Below are positions 39,260 through 51,493 of a stretch of DNA of 64,000 nucleotides, piece by piece (position 1 is the first letter of the stretch; each line of letters starts with the position of its first letter). Under the pieces are notes generated by a model. It searched no databases, was not told the DNA's origin, and was given only the letters and a program-made list of their open reading frames with translations. The DNA comes from Cetorhinus maximus (Eukaryota): positions 7,626,001 through 7,690,000 of the forward strand of contig NC_135901.1 of the NCBI RefSeq assembly GCF_964194155.1. Reading direction: 5' to 3'. The position numbers and the translations under genes were made by a program.

Positions 39260-41000
39260 AAACTTTTAAGAGAATGTGGAACAACAGCAACCTGACCAAG
39301 AACCAATCTGTGAGTCTGCCAAGCCCGCGTCCTCAGCACATTCCTCGACAGTGGTGAGACCTGGACAACATATGCAGGGCAGGAGAAAAGGCTGAACAGT
39401 TTCCACCTTTGTCATCTCAACACGTTTCCTCAGCATCTCTCAGTCATCAACTCGGAGGCCCTGGCACACGCTAATTCCATCAACAGCCGCTCATTACAAA
39501 GTAAAAGTGCTGGCTCAGCCACACCCATCGGATAGATGATGGCTGTTTACCCAGAGCTCTTCTGTAGGTGAACTGGCCACTGGGTAACAATCCTCTGGAC
39601 ATCCAGCTCTCCACTGCAAGGAGGATATGAAGATGGAGGACATTGACACTGACAACGGGGAGACAGTTGCCAATGGCTGTGTCCTCTGGAAGCTGACTGC
39701 TTGGCAGGGCCTTGGAAGTGGTGTGAAGAAACGGAAAGCTCAGCTGGCTGAGATGAGGGCCCAGAGCAAACAGAGGCCATTGAATCCTGCACCTTCTCAG
39801 CCCACTGCCTTTATCTTCAGCACATGGAGCAGAGGCCTCCATGACTGTGTAGGGCCCTCAGCCACACCAGGTTATGCTTAACACAGAGTTCACCACCACA
39901 GCACAAACCATCCCTTAACATTCAATGGCATTACCATCGTTGAATCCCCCAGTCTCAACATCCTGGAGGTTACCATTGACCAGAAACTGAACTGGACTAT
40001 CCATATAAATACTATGGCTACAACAGCAGGTCAGAGGCTAGGAATCGTGCGACGAGTAACTCACCTTCTGACTCCCCAAAGACTCTCCGCCATCTACAAG
40101 GCACAAGTCAGGAGTGTGATGGAATACTCCCACTTGCCTGGATGAGTGCAGCTCTATCAACACTGAAGAAGCTCAACACCATCCAGAATAAAGCAACCTG
40201 CTTGATTGGCACCCCATCCACCACCTTAATCATTCACTCCTTCCACCACTGATGCACAGTAGCAGCAGTGTGTGTTCCATCTACGAGATGCACTGCAGCA
40301 ACTCACCAAGGCTCCTTTGACAGCACCTTCTAAACCCACGACCTCTGCCACCTAGAAGAGCAAGGGCTGTGGACACATGGGAGCACCACCACCTGGAAGT
40401 TCCCCTCCAAGCCACTCACTATCCTGACTTGGAAATGTATCACTGTTCCTTCACTGTCGCTGGGTCAAAATCCTGGAACTCCTTCCCTAACAGCACTGTG
40501 GGTGTACCTATACCACATGGACTGCAGCGGTTCAACAAGGCAGCTCACCACCACCAGCTTCTCAAGGGCAACTAGGGATGGGCAATAAATGCTGACCCAG
40601 CCAGTGAAGCCCATGAAGGAATAAAAAAAAATCATCTCAGGAGATGGAAGACTGCCAAAGAAAGATAAACACTTCTCAGAACAAGTATTTTGTATCTGTC
40701 TTGATGGTTGAAGACACCTAAAGCATCCCAAGAATAGTAGAAAATCAAATGGCTAAAGGGAGGAAGCAACTAGAGAAAAACTACTAGGAAAACTATTGGG
40801 AATAAGGGATAACAAGTCTCCTGGACCTGATGGCCTGAGCGTCTTAAAGGAAGTGGCTACAGAGAAAGCGGATGCGTTGGTTGTAATCTTTCAAAACTCC
40901 CTAGATTCTGGAAAGATCACAGCAAATTCGAAAATCAGAAATGTAACGCCGTTATTGAAGAGAAGGAAGGAGACAGAAAGCAGGAAACTATAGACCAGTT
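39260..41000 (+). mobile_element. RTE fragment (39260-39900), unassigned LINE 3' end (39910-40630), CR1 fragment (40680-41000)
   Basis: RTE-type C-terminal similarity to 28.2 kb; tail GGGCAATAAATGCT..(A)n; KSPGPDG..LVVIFQNSLDSG. Confidence 0.7.
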
Positions 41001-41011
41001 AAGGTGTCTCC

Positions 41012-41772
41012 TCTAGCGGTCTCCTCTACATTGGAGAGACCAAACGCAAACTGGGCGACCGCTTTGCCGAACACCTGCGGTCTGTCCGCAAGAAAGACCC
41101 AAACCTCCCTGTCGCTTGCCATTTTAACACTCCACCCTGCTCTCTTGCCCAAATGTCTGTCCTTGGCTTGCTCATTGAGGAACAGCACCTCATCTTCCGA
41201 CTAGGCACTTTACAGCCTTCCAGGCTGAATATGGAATTCAACAACTTTAGATCTTAAACTCCCCCTCCCCCCATCCCCACCCCGTTTCTTCCCCCTCCCT
41301 TTTGTTTTTTTTTCAATAATTTATATAGATTCTTCTTTTCCCACCTATTTTCATTATTTTTAAATCTACAACTAATACCTTGTTAGTCTTTCCACCCAAC
41401 CCCCACTAGAGCTGTACTTTGAGTGTCCTGTCTTCCATTCTTAATTAGCACTTTTCTCAAATAATATCACCACCTTCAACACCTCTTTGATCCTTTTGTC
41501 TGTGACATCTTTTGATTATCTGCTCCTATCACTGCTTGCTTGTTCCTACAACCACCCCACCCTCAACTTCTCTCCCCCCGCCCCCCCCCCACCTTAAACC
41601 AGCTTATATTTCACCCCTCTCCTAACTATACTTCAGTTCTGTTGAAGGGTCATGTGGACTCGAAACGTCGACTCTTTTCTTCTCCACCAATGCTGCCAGA
41701 CCTGCTGAGTTTTTCCAGGTAATTCTGTTTTTGTTTTGGATTTCCAGCATCCGCAGTAGTTTTTTGTTTTAT
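41012..41772 (+). mobile_element. Penelope-like element 3' end (GIY-YIG C-terminus plus terminal repeat)
   Basis: LYIGETKRKLGDRFAEHLRSV..EEQHLIFRLGTLQP..FRS*; close to the 53-kb copy. Confidence 0.92.
41635..41673 (+). ncRNA. Minimal type I hammerhead ribozyme motif (variant core CUGUUGA)
   Basis: AGTT-CTGTTGA-A-GGGTC[ATGTG]GACTC-GAAACGTC-GACT. Confidence 0.75.
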
Positions 41773-41774
41773 CT

Positions 41775-41925
41775 CTGTGGGGCCGGGGCCTGGGCTGGTG
41801 ACTGACGTGCATCCCGACCAATAGCGAGAGCGCGGGCAAAGGCTGAAGGACCGAGTGGGCGGCAGGTCCTCCGCTGAGTACTCATTGTGACGTCAGCACA
41901 GGACACGGTCTCAGTCCGGAAGCAA
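41775..41925 (+). promoter_or_regulatory. Partial CCAAT promoter module with CRE and ETS motifs
   Basis: GGTGACTGACG..ACCAATAG, TGACGTCA (41888), CCGGAAG. Confidence 0.45.
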
Positions 41926-43003
41926 AATCCTGCAGATGCTGCAAAAGCTGAAATAAAAATCGCGAGTGCTAGAAATGCTCAGCAGGTCTGGCAGCTTCTG
42001 CAGGGAGAGAAACAAGGTCAACCTTTCAGCTCCAGAAGTTAGAGAGGTGGGGTAAAAAACAAAAGAGGGCAGGTCTGTGGAAGGCAGGAGAGATTATTCA
42101 GCGAAAGGGATGATGGTGCAAGGCAAAATGAGATGGTGATAAAGAACATAGAAAAATTCCCAACACTGGAGAAGGCTTTTCTGTATCTAACCGGTGCTTT
42201 ACCTGTTCTGGGGAGTTATCGACCTTTATCCTCCACTTAAACAATCTCCTGCTATTACATATCCAACTTCCATCAAGCTTAACCCTTCATTTATACCTCC
42301 GTAACATCACTCGTCTCCTCCCCCGTCTCAGCTCATCTGCTGCCGAATATCTCATCCACGCCTTTATCACCTCCAAACTCGACTATTCCGACACCCTCTG
42401 GCTGGTCTCCCACATTCTGCCCCCTGTAACCTTGGGTCATCCAAACTTCTGTCACCCTATGTCTTAACTCACAGACAGACCCTCCATCTCCACAACCCCC
42501 TCCTCTAATTCTGGCCCCCTGTGCATCCCCCATTTCAATCACTGCACCATTGGTGGTCGTGCCGAGAAGCCCTAGAATAGACTGCAGGGCATGATGGGAG
42601 AAGGGAGAGAAACTGGAGAAAGATGTGAGTTCAGGGCTCAGGTAAGGAGGAACTTTGGAGACAGTTTGGCCCGGTGCACTAGTATAAGGGAGGGAAGCAG
42701 CAGAGGCAGCTGATTGGATTGTTTCAATCTTAGTGACAAGGAAATTCCATGATCTCCTCATACTTGTTGGAAGGTGAGGATGGAGGAGACGGGGAGTGAG
42801 AGAAACCTTCGAAAGTAATTAACTTGTGTTAGAAATATTAGAAAGATTCAACACAATGTATTCAACACAAAGCTGATTTATTTGACTTTTATCTAAAATA
42901 TTAGCCCATGTAACTGTGTTGGAAATTATTAACATCAGTAGAAACAGACCCAATGAACACGGTTCAGTCCTCTGTGATTTCCAGCAAAACCCAATCACTC
43001 TAG

Positions 43004-44125
43004 TTACTTATGAATTCGCCGGTGTCTCATTAGGTTGGATGATTGTGTGAATCTCTTTCCACACTTGGGGCAGATGAACGGTCTCTCCCCAGTGTGAACT
43101 CGCTGGTGTGTCAGTAGGGTGGATGACTGAGTGAATCCCTTCCCACAGTTGGGACAGGTGAACGGCCTCTCCCCGGTGTGAACTCGCTGGTGTTCAGTGA
43201 GATCAGATGATGTCTTGAACCCAGTCCCACACTGAGAGCACCTGAATGGTCTCTCGTCAGTGTGAATACGTTGATGGCGCATCAGTTCCCCAGAACTCTT
43301 AAAACAGTTTCCGCAGTCCAGGCATTTAAAAGGTCTCTTATCAGTGTGAACACGTTGATGGGACATCAGCTCCCTGGACTTTTTATAGCACTTTCCGCAG
43401 TCTGGGCATTTAAAAGGTCTCTTATCAGTGTGAACACTCTGGTGATTCAGCGGGGTGGATAACTGAGTGAATCCCTTTCCACAGTCAGAACAGGTGAAAG
43501 GTCTCTCTCCAGTGTGAACTCGCTGGTGTGTCAGCAGGTTGGATGACTGAGCGAATCCCTTCCCACAGTCAGAGCAGGTGAATGGCCTCTCGCCGGTGTG
43601 AACTCGCTGGTGTTCAGTGAGTTGAGATGACTGTCTGAACCCAGACCCACAGTGCAAGCACCTGAATGGTCTCTCGTCCGTGTGAACACGTTGATGGAGC
43701 ATCAGGTCCCGGGAACTTTTAAAGCACTTCCCACAGTCTGAACATTTAAAAGGTCTCTCGTCAGTGTGAACTCGCTGGTGTGTCAGCAAGTCAGATGACC
43801 GAGCGAATCCTTTCCCACACTTGGAGCAAGTAAATGGTCTCTCCCCAGTGTGAACTCGCTGGTGTCTCAGAAGGTTGGATGACTGAGCGAATCCCTTCCC
43901 ACAGTCAGAGCAGGTGAATGGTCTCTCACCGCTGTGAACTCGCTGGTGTCTCAGCAGACTGGATGACTGAGTGAATCCCTTCCCACATATGGAGCAGGTG
44001 AATGGCCTCTCTCCAGTGTGACTGCGTCGATGAGTTTCCAGGTCAGATGGAAATCTGAATCCCTCCTCACAGTCTCCACGTTTCCACAGTTTGTCTCCAC
44101 TGTGAACGGTACTTTTTCCTTCCAT
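43004..44125 (-). CDS. C2H2 zinc-finger protein, 12 intact plus 1 degenerate finger
   Basis: Intact ORF from ATG at 44125; acceptor at 44237-44236. Confidence 0.92.
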   Translation of the reverse strand: MEGKSTVHSGDKLWKRGDCEEGFRFPSDLETHRRSHTGERPFTCSICGKGFTQSSSLLRHQRVHSGERPFTCSDCGKGFAQSSNLLRHQRVHTGERPFTCSKCGKGFARSSDLLTHQRVHTDERPFKCSDCGKCFKSSRDLMLHQRVHTDERPFRCLHCGSGFRQSSQLTEHQRVHTGERPFTCSDCGKGFAQSSNLLTHQRVHTGERPFTCSDCGKGFTQLSTPLNHQSVHTDKRPFKCPDCGKCYKKSRELMSHQRVHTDKRPFKCLDCGNCFKSSGELMRHQRIHTDERPFRCSQCGTGFKTSSDLTEHQRVHTGERPFTCPNCGKGFTQSSTLLTHQRVHTGERPFICPKCGKRFTQSSNLMRHRRIHK

Positions 44126-44476
44126 GTTCAAAATCCGATGATATTCTGGTTACAACAAATTGGGCGACTCTCTCAGATTCTGATGTGATGTTTGGTTTGA
44201 GTTTCCTGACTGAAAAATTCTCCCCTTCTAATATCCTGTGAAATTGATTTAAAACAGAAAAAAAGGGAGTGAGAGAGAACCCACAGAAACACAAAGGCAG
44301 GTTGTGAAATTGAACTTAATGATTCTGGTAATTTTTGGGGCCAGAACTAGGAAAAAATTACCATGAAAGCTGTCGGATTTTTTGTAAAAACCCAACTGGT
44401 TCATTAATGTCCTTCAGGGAAGGGAACCTGCCTCCAGTCTGGGCTACACAAGACTCTGGCCTCTATGAGAACACTA

Positions 44477-44830
44477 GGGGAAGGCGGTGGCATAGTGGTT
44501 TTGTCACTGGACTGGTAATCCAGCGATCCAGGGTAATGCTCTGGGGTCCCGGGTTTGAATGCTACCACAGCAGATGGTGAAATTTGAATTCAATAAAAAT
44601 CTGGAATTAAAAGTCTAATAATGACCATGAAACCATTGTTGTTTGTCGTCAAAACCCATCTGGTTCACTAATGCCCTTTAGGGAAGGAAATCTGCTGTCC
44701 TTGCCTGGTCTGGCCTACATGTGACTCCACATTCACAACGCGGTTGACTCCTAAATGCCCTCTGAATAAGGGATGGGCAATAAATGCTGGGCTAGCCAAT
44801 GACACCCACATCCAATGAATAAAGAAAAAG
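44477..44830 (+). mobile_element. Full-length tRNA-derived SINE sharing its 3' tail with the unassigned LINE
   Basis: A box TGGCATAGTGG, B-box-like GGTTTGAATGC, tail GGGATGGGCAATAAATGCTGG..CCCACATCC..(A)n. Confidence 0.85.
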
Positions 44831-44899
44831 AAATAGGAGCAGGAGTAGACCATAAGCCCCAATGAGCCTGCTCCGCCATTCAACATGATTGTGGTTGAT

Positions 44900-45980
44900 C
44901 ACAGAATCTTTACAGTACAGAAGGAGGCCATTTGGCCCATCGAGTCTGCACTGACGTGCTGAAAGAGCATTCTACCTCATCCCACTACCCTGCCTTATGC
45001 CGTAACCTCACATATTCTCTCTCTTCAAGTAGCAATCCAATTCCCTTTTGAATACCTCGATCGAACCTGCCTCCAACCATCCTCTGGGTAAAAAACAAAA
45101 TTCCTCACATCACTTTTACTCCTTTTGCCCATTATTTTGAATGTGTGCCCTCTAGCTCTTGATGCACTCATGAGTGTGGCAACAGTTTCTCATTATTTAT
45201 TCTGTCCATACCCCTCAGAATCTTGAATACCTCTATTTAGTTTCCTCTCAGCCTTCTTTTCTCCCAGGAAAACAGACCCAACCTCTCCAATCTACCCTCG
45301 TAGCTACAGTTCTTCATCCCGGCAATCAAGAGTTAATCGACGGGATGGGGAGGGCAGACAGGAAAGTGCAGTTGATGCCACAATGAGATCAGCCATGATC
45401 TTATTAATGGTGGAACAGGCTCAAGGGGCCAAAAGACCTACTCCTGCTCCTAATTCTTGTGATCTTATGAGACAAAGTCCCGTCTTCACACTGAGGATAC
45501 TGTCCATCATGTTGTGAGGCACTATCACTATGCTAAATGAAATAGATTCAGGATGGATCTAGATATAAATGGGCATCCATGAGGTGCTGTGGATCATCAG
45601 CAGCAGCAGAATTGTATTCAGCCACAATCTGTAACCACATGGCCCACATATCCTTTACTCTACCATTACCATCAAGCCAAGTGACCAACCCTGATTCAAC
45701 ACGAACTGCAGGAGAACATGTCAGAAGCAGCACCAGGCATTCCTAAAACTGAGATTCCAATCTGGTGACCCTATACCATGAGACTACATGCATTCTAAAC
45801 AGTGGAAGCAGCATGCTTGAGACAGGGTGAAGCAATCCCAAAAACAATGGATCAGATCAAAGCTCTGCAGTCCTGCCACATCCAGTCAGGAAAGGTATGG
45901 ATAATTAAACAACTAACAGGAAGAGTAGGCTCCACAAACATCACCATTCTCAATGATCCCAGCATATCAGTACAAAAGAC
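44900..45980. mobile_element. CR1 3' fragments and unassigned LINE internal fragment
   Basis: CR1 tail on minus at about 44900; 45470-45980 is homologous to 38.0-38.3 kb and 62.9-63.4 kb. Confidence 0.65.
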
Positions 45981-46664
45981 TGGGTTATGTGTTTAGTGAT
46001 CCTGGGACTGGGTTATGTGTTTAGTGATCCTGGGAGACTTCCCTGGATCCCGAGTCTAGGAGAGACAACCTGGAAGGTATAGGGAGCTGGGACTTGTCTG
46101 TGAGAGTAATTGAAGGCACGAGAACTGAAATAATCTAGAGTTAGAAAGGAGAAAAGACTCCAAAAATGGAGCAGTTAGCAACTGGACATCAATTAATCTT
46201 CTCTTATGTTGGAGAAATAAAGGTCTAGATAGTGTGCCTGAAACAATATTAGTTCATCTTGGTCTTTAACACCACTTTCCCGCACGCTCTCCATTTCCCT
46301 CGAATGCCTGAGAGACCAAAAATCTCTCCATCTCAGCCTTAAATATATTTAAAGATGGAGCATCCAGAGCCTTCCGGGATGGAGAATTCTATGTGACAAG
46401 AGAAAAAGAGAGAGAGAAGTGGGAGAGACACAGAGAGAAAAAATGAGAGAAATGGGATAGAGAAAGAAAGAGAAATAGAAGGGCACAAGAGAGACAGAAG
46501 AGGGTTGGAGAGACAGGGGCAATGGAAAGGCATTTTAGAGACTGACAACTGAACCACAATTTGATAGAATCTCCCAAACCCTGAACCTCCACCATCTAGA
46601 AGGACCAGCGTAGCAGGTGTATGTGAACACCATCACCTCCAACTCACACACTGTTCTGACTTGT

Positions 46665-47840
46665 CTGATATCCAGGACTGGATGAGCAGAAAGTTCCTTC
46701 ATTCAAATATTGGGAAGATGAAAGTCATTGTCTTCATTCCCCAATACATACTCCGCTCCCTAGCCAACGGCTCCATCCTTCTCCCTGACAACTCTGTGAG
46801 GATGAAACAGACTGTTCGAAGCCGTGGTGAAATATTTCACCCCAAGATGAGCTTCCAAGCACATCCACATCATCACCAAGACCGCCAATTTCCATCACCC
46901 GACTCCACTCTAGTCTCAGCTCGTCTGAAACTGTCATCCATTCCTTTGTTATTTCTAGGCTTAACTCTGGCTGGAGGTTCTAGATTCAGGGGACACAGTC
47001 TCAAAATAAGGGGCAGGCTATTTGGAACTGAGGTGAGGAGGAATTTCTTCACTCAGAGGATGGTGAGTGTTTGGAATTCTCTGCCCCATAGGGCTGTGGA
47101 GGCTCAGTCGTTGAGAATGTTCAATACTGAGATCAATAGATTTCTACATATAAAAAACATTGGGGATAAGGGGATAGTGCCAGAAAATGGTGTTGAAGTA
47201 GAAGATCAACCGTGATCTCATTGAATGGCAGAAGGGCTCAAAGGGCTGAATGGCCTATTGCTGCTCGTATTTCTTATGTTCCTTCCTAAAGCACTTCCAG
47301 CCGGTCTCCCACATTCAACCTCCCCATAATCTTTAGTTCATCCAAAACTCTGCTGCCCGTATATTTACTCGCACCCAGTCTTATTCACCCATCACCGCTG
47401 TGCTCACTGACCTATGAAAGTTCCTGTTTAAGAAGCACCAACATTTTAAATTTCTCATCCTTGTTTTCAAGTCCCTCCATGGTCTCACTCCTCCCTATCT
47501 CTGTAATCTTCTCCAGCCTCACATCCCACCCAGGTCTCTGCAGTCTGCTCATTCCGGCTTCCTGAGCATTCCCGATTTTAATCGCTTCATCCTTAGTATC
47601 CACATCTAAACTCAAAGGCCATAAGCACTGGAATTTCCTCCATAAACCTCTCCGCTCTCTTTCTTTCTTTCCTCGTTCAAGATTCTCCTTTAAACCTACA
47701 TCTTTGACCAAACTTTTGGCCATCTGCCCTCTTACCTCTTTACATGATTCTGTGTCAAATGTTGCTTTTTAGCACATCTGTTAAACCTGGGAAGGTCTAT
47801 TACATGAAATGTGCTATACAAACACACATTGTTGTTGTTG
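46665..47840 (+). mobile_element. L2 nested insertion (paralogue of 34346-36175) with a CR1 3' end inserted at about 46965-47285
   Basis: SDIQDWMSRKFLH..; (TTG)n tail followed by ATTTGGACATATATCG. Confidence 0.8.
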
Positions 47841-48149
47841 ATTTGGACATATATCGCTGTTCCTTCAACATCACTGTAACTCTTTATCTAACAGCATTGT
47901 GGGAGCACCTTCACCACACGGACTGCAGCGGTTCAAGAAGGTCAAACATCATCTTCTCCACAGGTAACTGGGGATGGGTAATATCTGCTGCTGGTCTTGT
48001 GGTCCTGGGCAGGTGAGTGGGACCAGCTGATTTGCTCTTGCAGAGAGCCAGCACAGGCAAGACGGGCTGAATGACCTCTGTCTGTATTGTAAACATTCAA
48101 TGATTCAATGATAAAGAAACGACTCTGGAGACCAGGGACCAGCCTCTGG

Positions 48150-48550
48150 AACCAATGTCCAGCCTGATACAAACCGGCTCTTCCTTGATCTGGGAGCTGC
48201 GGCCCCGCTCGGTGCAAACGGGGGAGGGGGACCGGTCAGTTTATTTCCGGGGTTTGCGGTTTACACAACATGTTTCCGGAGCCTCTCCGTCCACCCGCCG
48301 GATCCATCGCTCCCTCCGCCCCGCCATCCCCCCCTTTACCCATTGTGGACCCGTCTCCCCATCGCCATTACCCGCACTGCGCATGCTTCAGTCACAGTCC
48401 GGTCCCGCCCCCGCATTCACTCCGATTGGTTGGAGGACCAGCCCCGACGCTTGGTCCTCCAGTCCCGCCCCCTCTTCCTATTGGTCCGGAGCTGCCGTCA
48501 ATCACCCGGGCATTGTGACGGTTTCAAACGCTGAGAGCGGCCACAGACTC
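48150..48550 (-). promoter_or_regulatory. Promoter/exon 1 of the 44.1-kb ZNF gene
   Basis: Two CCAAT boxes, GC boxes, NRF1-type site, candidate donor at 48339. Confidence 0.75.
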
Positions 48551-48646
48551 AGCCTGACTTGCTGATTCTTGGCAGCATTTTCTGTTTGGGAATTAGAGCT
48601 AGAGATGGATGGTCAGTTCCCCTCTGTCCGGGGGGGATTCACGCTC

Positions 48647-48718
48647 ATTTCCCCAGTGCAGTGATTATCACGTTTACTTTATATGAAAAAGTCCCTGGTT
48701 CAATCCCGGCTGGAAACT
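48647..48718 (+). pseudogene. tRNA-Val pseudogene, paralogue of 36977
   Basis: Same context and sequence; B box GGTTCAATCCC intact. Confidence 0.8.
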
Positions 48719-48874
48719 TTGTGTTTAACATTGTTACTGATGAGGAATTAACAGTGAGTTTAGTTTCATGTTCAACAGGGTGACAGTTCCTGTTGTCTCA
48801 TTCTTTAAAAGCTCCATCTTCACCTTTAAACAGGTAACGATAAGTGAGGGAAAACTGATCCACAGTGACCCCAA

Positions 48875-49640
48875 AAACAAGATACCGCAGATGCTGCAAA
48901 TCCGATCTCAAAACAGAAAATGTTGGAAACACTCAGCAGGTCAAACAGCATCATTCTCAGTGAATGTTTCACGTCGCTGAACTTTTATCCAAACTGGAAA
49001 ATTTCCCAGATTTAACAGTTTATGAACAAGTCCAGAGTCAGAGAAAACAGGGGCAGACAGAAGGAAACAACAAACGGTCTTGTGACAGGATGGAAGGCTG
49101 GAGAGAGTAAATGATAAAGGGGACAATGGTGCAAGGCAACATTGGGTGACCAGACAATTAAAGAAACTAATGGGACAAGTAAACAAATAAGACAGGTTCA
49201 GAGGAGGGATAAATGGTAACAGCAGAGCCATTACCAGCATCTACTGCCCTAAAAATGGGAGTGATGTTTATGATATGAAATTATTAAAATTAACGTTGAG
49301 TCTGAAAGGTTGTAAAGTGACTAATCAAAGACGAGCTGCTGTTCCTCGAGCTTCTGTTGGGCTTCATGCGGCAGTACAGGAGGCCGAGGGCTAAGAGGTC
49401 AGACTTGAAGTGAGGCTGAGAATTAAAACAGTAGATGAGAAGCAGCTCAGGATCACACTTGCAAAGTGAATGGTGATTTTACATGAAGCAGTCACCCAAT
49501 CTGGATTTAGTCTTCACAGTGTATCGGAGACCACAACGTGAGCAGTGAATACAGAATACTAAATTGTAAATAGTACAAGTAAATTAGTGTGTCACCGGGA
49601 AAGTGTGTTTGGGGACCTGGAACGTGGAAAGGGAGGAGGT
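48875..49640 (-). mobile_element. Penelope-like element 3' remnant
   Basis: Terminal repeat plus decayed GIY-YIG C-terminus; paralogous to 9.2-9.9 kb. Confidence 0.75.
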
Positions 49641-50379
49641 GGCAATGAATCTGTTTCAATAAGTTTGTAACAGGCCAATGCACAGTTGTTCTGCTGTGCT
49701 TTGTATTTTAATGGGAATTATCAAATGTTTTTACCACTATGATCTTGGCTGGTGGACTATAATGTCTTCGCATTTCTCTGTTGATCTATCCAGGAGGGCT
49801 GGTGTGGTAAGAAGGACTTGTCTGTAAAATACAGTCACTGTCTGTAAAATACAGTCACTGTGAGCGTGATAATGGAACATTTGTATATCAAAGGGCAGTG
49901 ATACCTGATCACCTATCGAGTGAGTGCGTTTGTAACAGTGTAACTCAAATAATTACAGCTACTGCAGGAGATTCTCTGGCTACAAGTCAATAAGGAAGGA
50001 ATCAGGACCATGCAGTCCCACCCAGCTGGACACCAGTGAAAAGGCATTGAAGGAGGATGGAGTGGTCATTGGTGTCTGCTGCCCTTGTCCTTCTAGGTGG
50101 TAGTGGTCGTGGGTTTGGAAGATGCTGTCTAAGGAGCCTTGGTGGGTTGGAGGTGAGTACAGAGGAGACGGGAGAGGGATGCACTTAACTTGTGTTATAG
50201 ATATTAAGAAGACTTGGCACACTGTGTGTTTAACACAAAGCTGATTTATTTTTATTATATCCAGAACGTTAACACCTCTAACTGGCCTGGAGTTTATTAA
50301 CATCAGTAGAAACAGACCCCAATGAACATGGTTCAGTCCTGGATGCGAGTACCAGAAAAATCCAATTACTGTCGTCACT

Positions 50380-51493
50380 TGTAAACTTGATGGTGACTCA
50401 GCAGTGTCCATGACCGAGTGAATGTCTTCTTAGACTCGGAGCAGGTGAATGGCCTCTCCCAGTGTGAGCTCTCTTGTATCTCAGCACGTGGGATAACTGA
50501 GCGAATCCCTTCCTACACAAGTAGCAGGTGAATGCCTCTCTCAGTGTGAACTCGCTGGTGCACATTGAGTTGAGATGATCGCTTGAACCCAGTCCTGCGG
50601 TGAGGACACCTGAACAGTCTCTCGTCTGTGTGAACACGTTGATGGGACATCAGGTCCCTGGAACATTTAAAGCACTTCCCTCAGTCTGGGCATTTAAAAG
50701 GTCTCTCATCAGTATGAACATGATGATGAGCCATCAGTTCCCCAGAACTTTTATAGCACTTCCCACAGTCTGGGCATTTAAAAGGTCTCTCCCCAGTGTG
50801 AACTCGCTGGTGTGTCAGCACATGGGATAACTGAGTGAATCCCTTCCCACACATGTAGCAGGTGAAAGGTCTCTCTCCCGTGAGAACTCACTGGTGTGTC
50901 AGCACATGGGATAACTGTGTGAATCCCTTCCCACACGTGTAGCAGGTGAAAGGTCTCTCTCCCGTGTGAACTTGCTGGTGTCTCAGCAGGCTGGCTGAAC
51001 AAGTAAATCCCTTCCCACACATGTAGCAGGTGAACGGTTTCTCGCCAGTGTGAATTCGCTGGTGTACAATGAGGTGAGATGGTCGCTTGAACCCAGTCCC
51101 ACAGTGAGAGCACCTAAATGGTCTCTCGTCAGTGTGAACACGTTGATGGAGCATTAGTTCCCATGAACTTTTATAGCATTTCCCACAATCTGGGCATTTA
51201 AAAGGTCTCTCCCCAGTGTGAACTCGCTGATGCCTCAGCAGGTTGGATAACTGAGTGAATCCATTCCCACACTCGGAGCAGGTGAATGGTTTCTCCCCAG
51301 TGTGAACTCGCTGGTGTGTAATCAGCTGGGATGATTGAGAGAATCCCTTCCCATACACGGAGCAGGTGAACGGTCTTTCCCCAGTGTGAGTGCGTCGATG
51401 AGTTTCCAGCTGACATGGGTAACTGAATCTCTCCTCACAGTCCCCACATTTCCACGGTTTCTCTCCAATTTGAACAGTGCTTTTTCCATCCAT
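50380..51493 (-). pseudogene. C2H2 ZNF gene with premature stop at 50888 (5 intact fingers before the stop; about 6 more, partly decayed, after)
   Basis: ORF 50888-51499; fingers continue past the TGA with further stops and frameshifts to the family 3' UTR. Confidence 0.85.

Noticed and set aside
45978-46034. 28-bp tandem duplication (and a 20-bp one at about 49820-49860)
   Set aside because: Ordinary local slippage duplications
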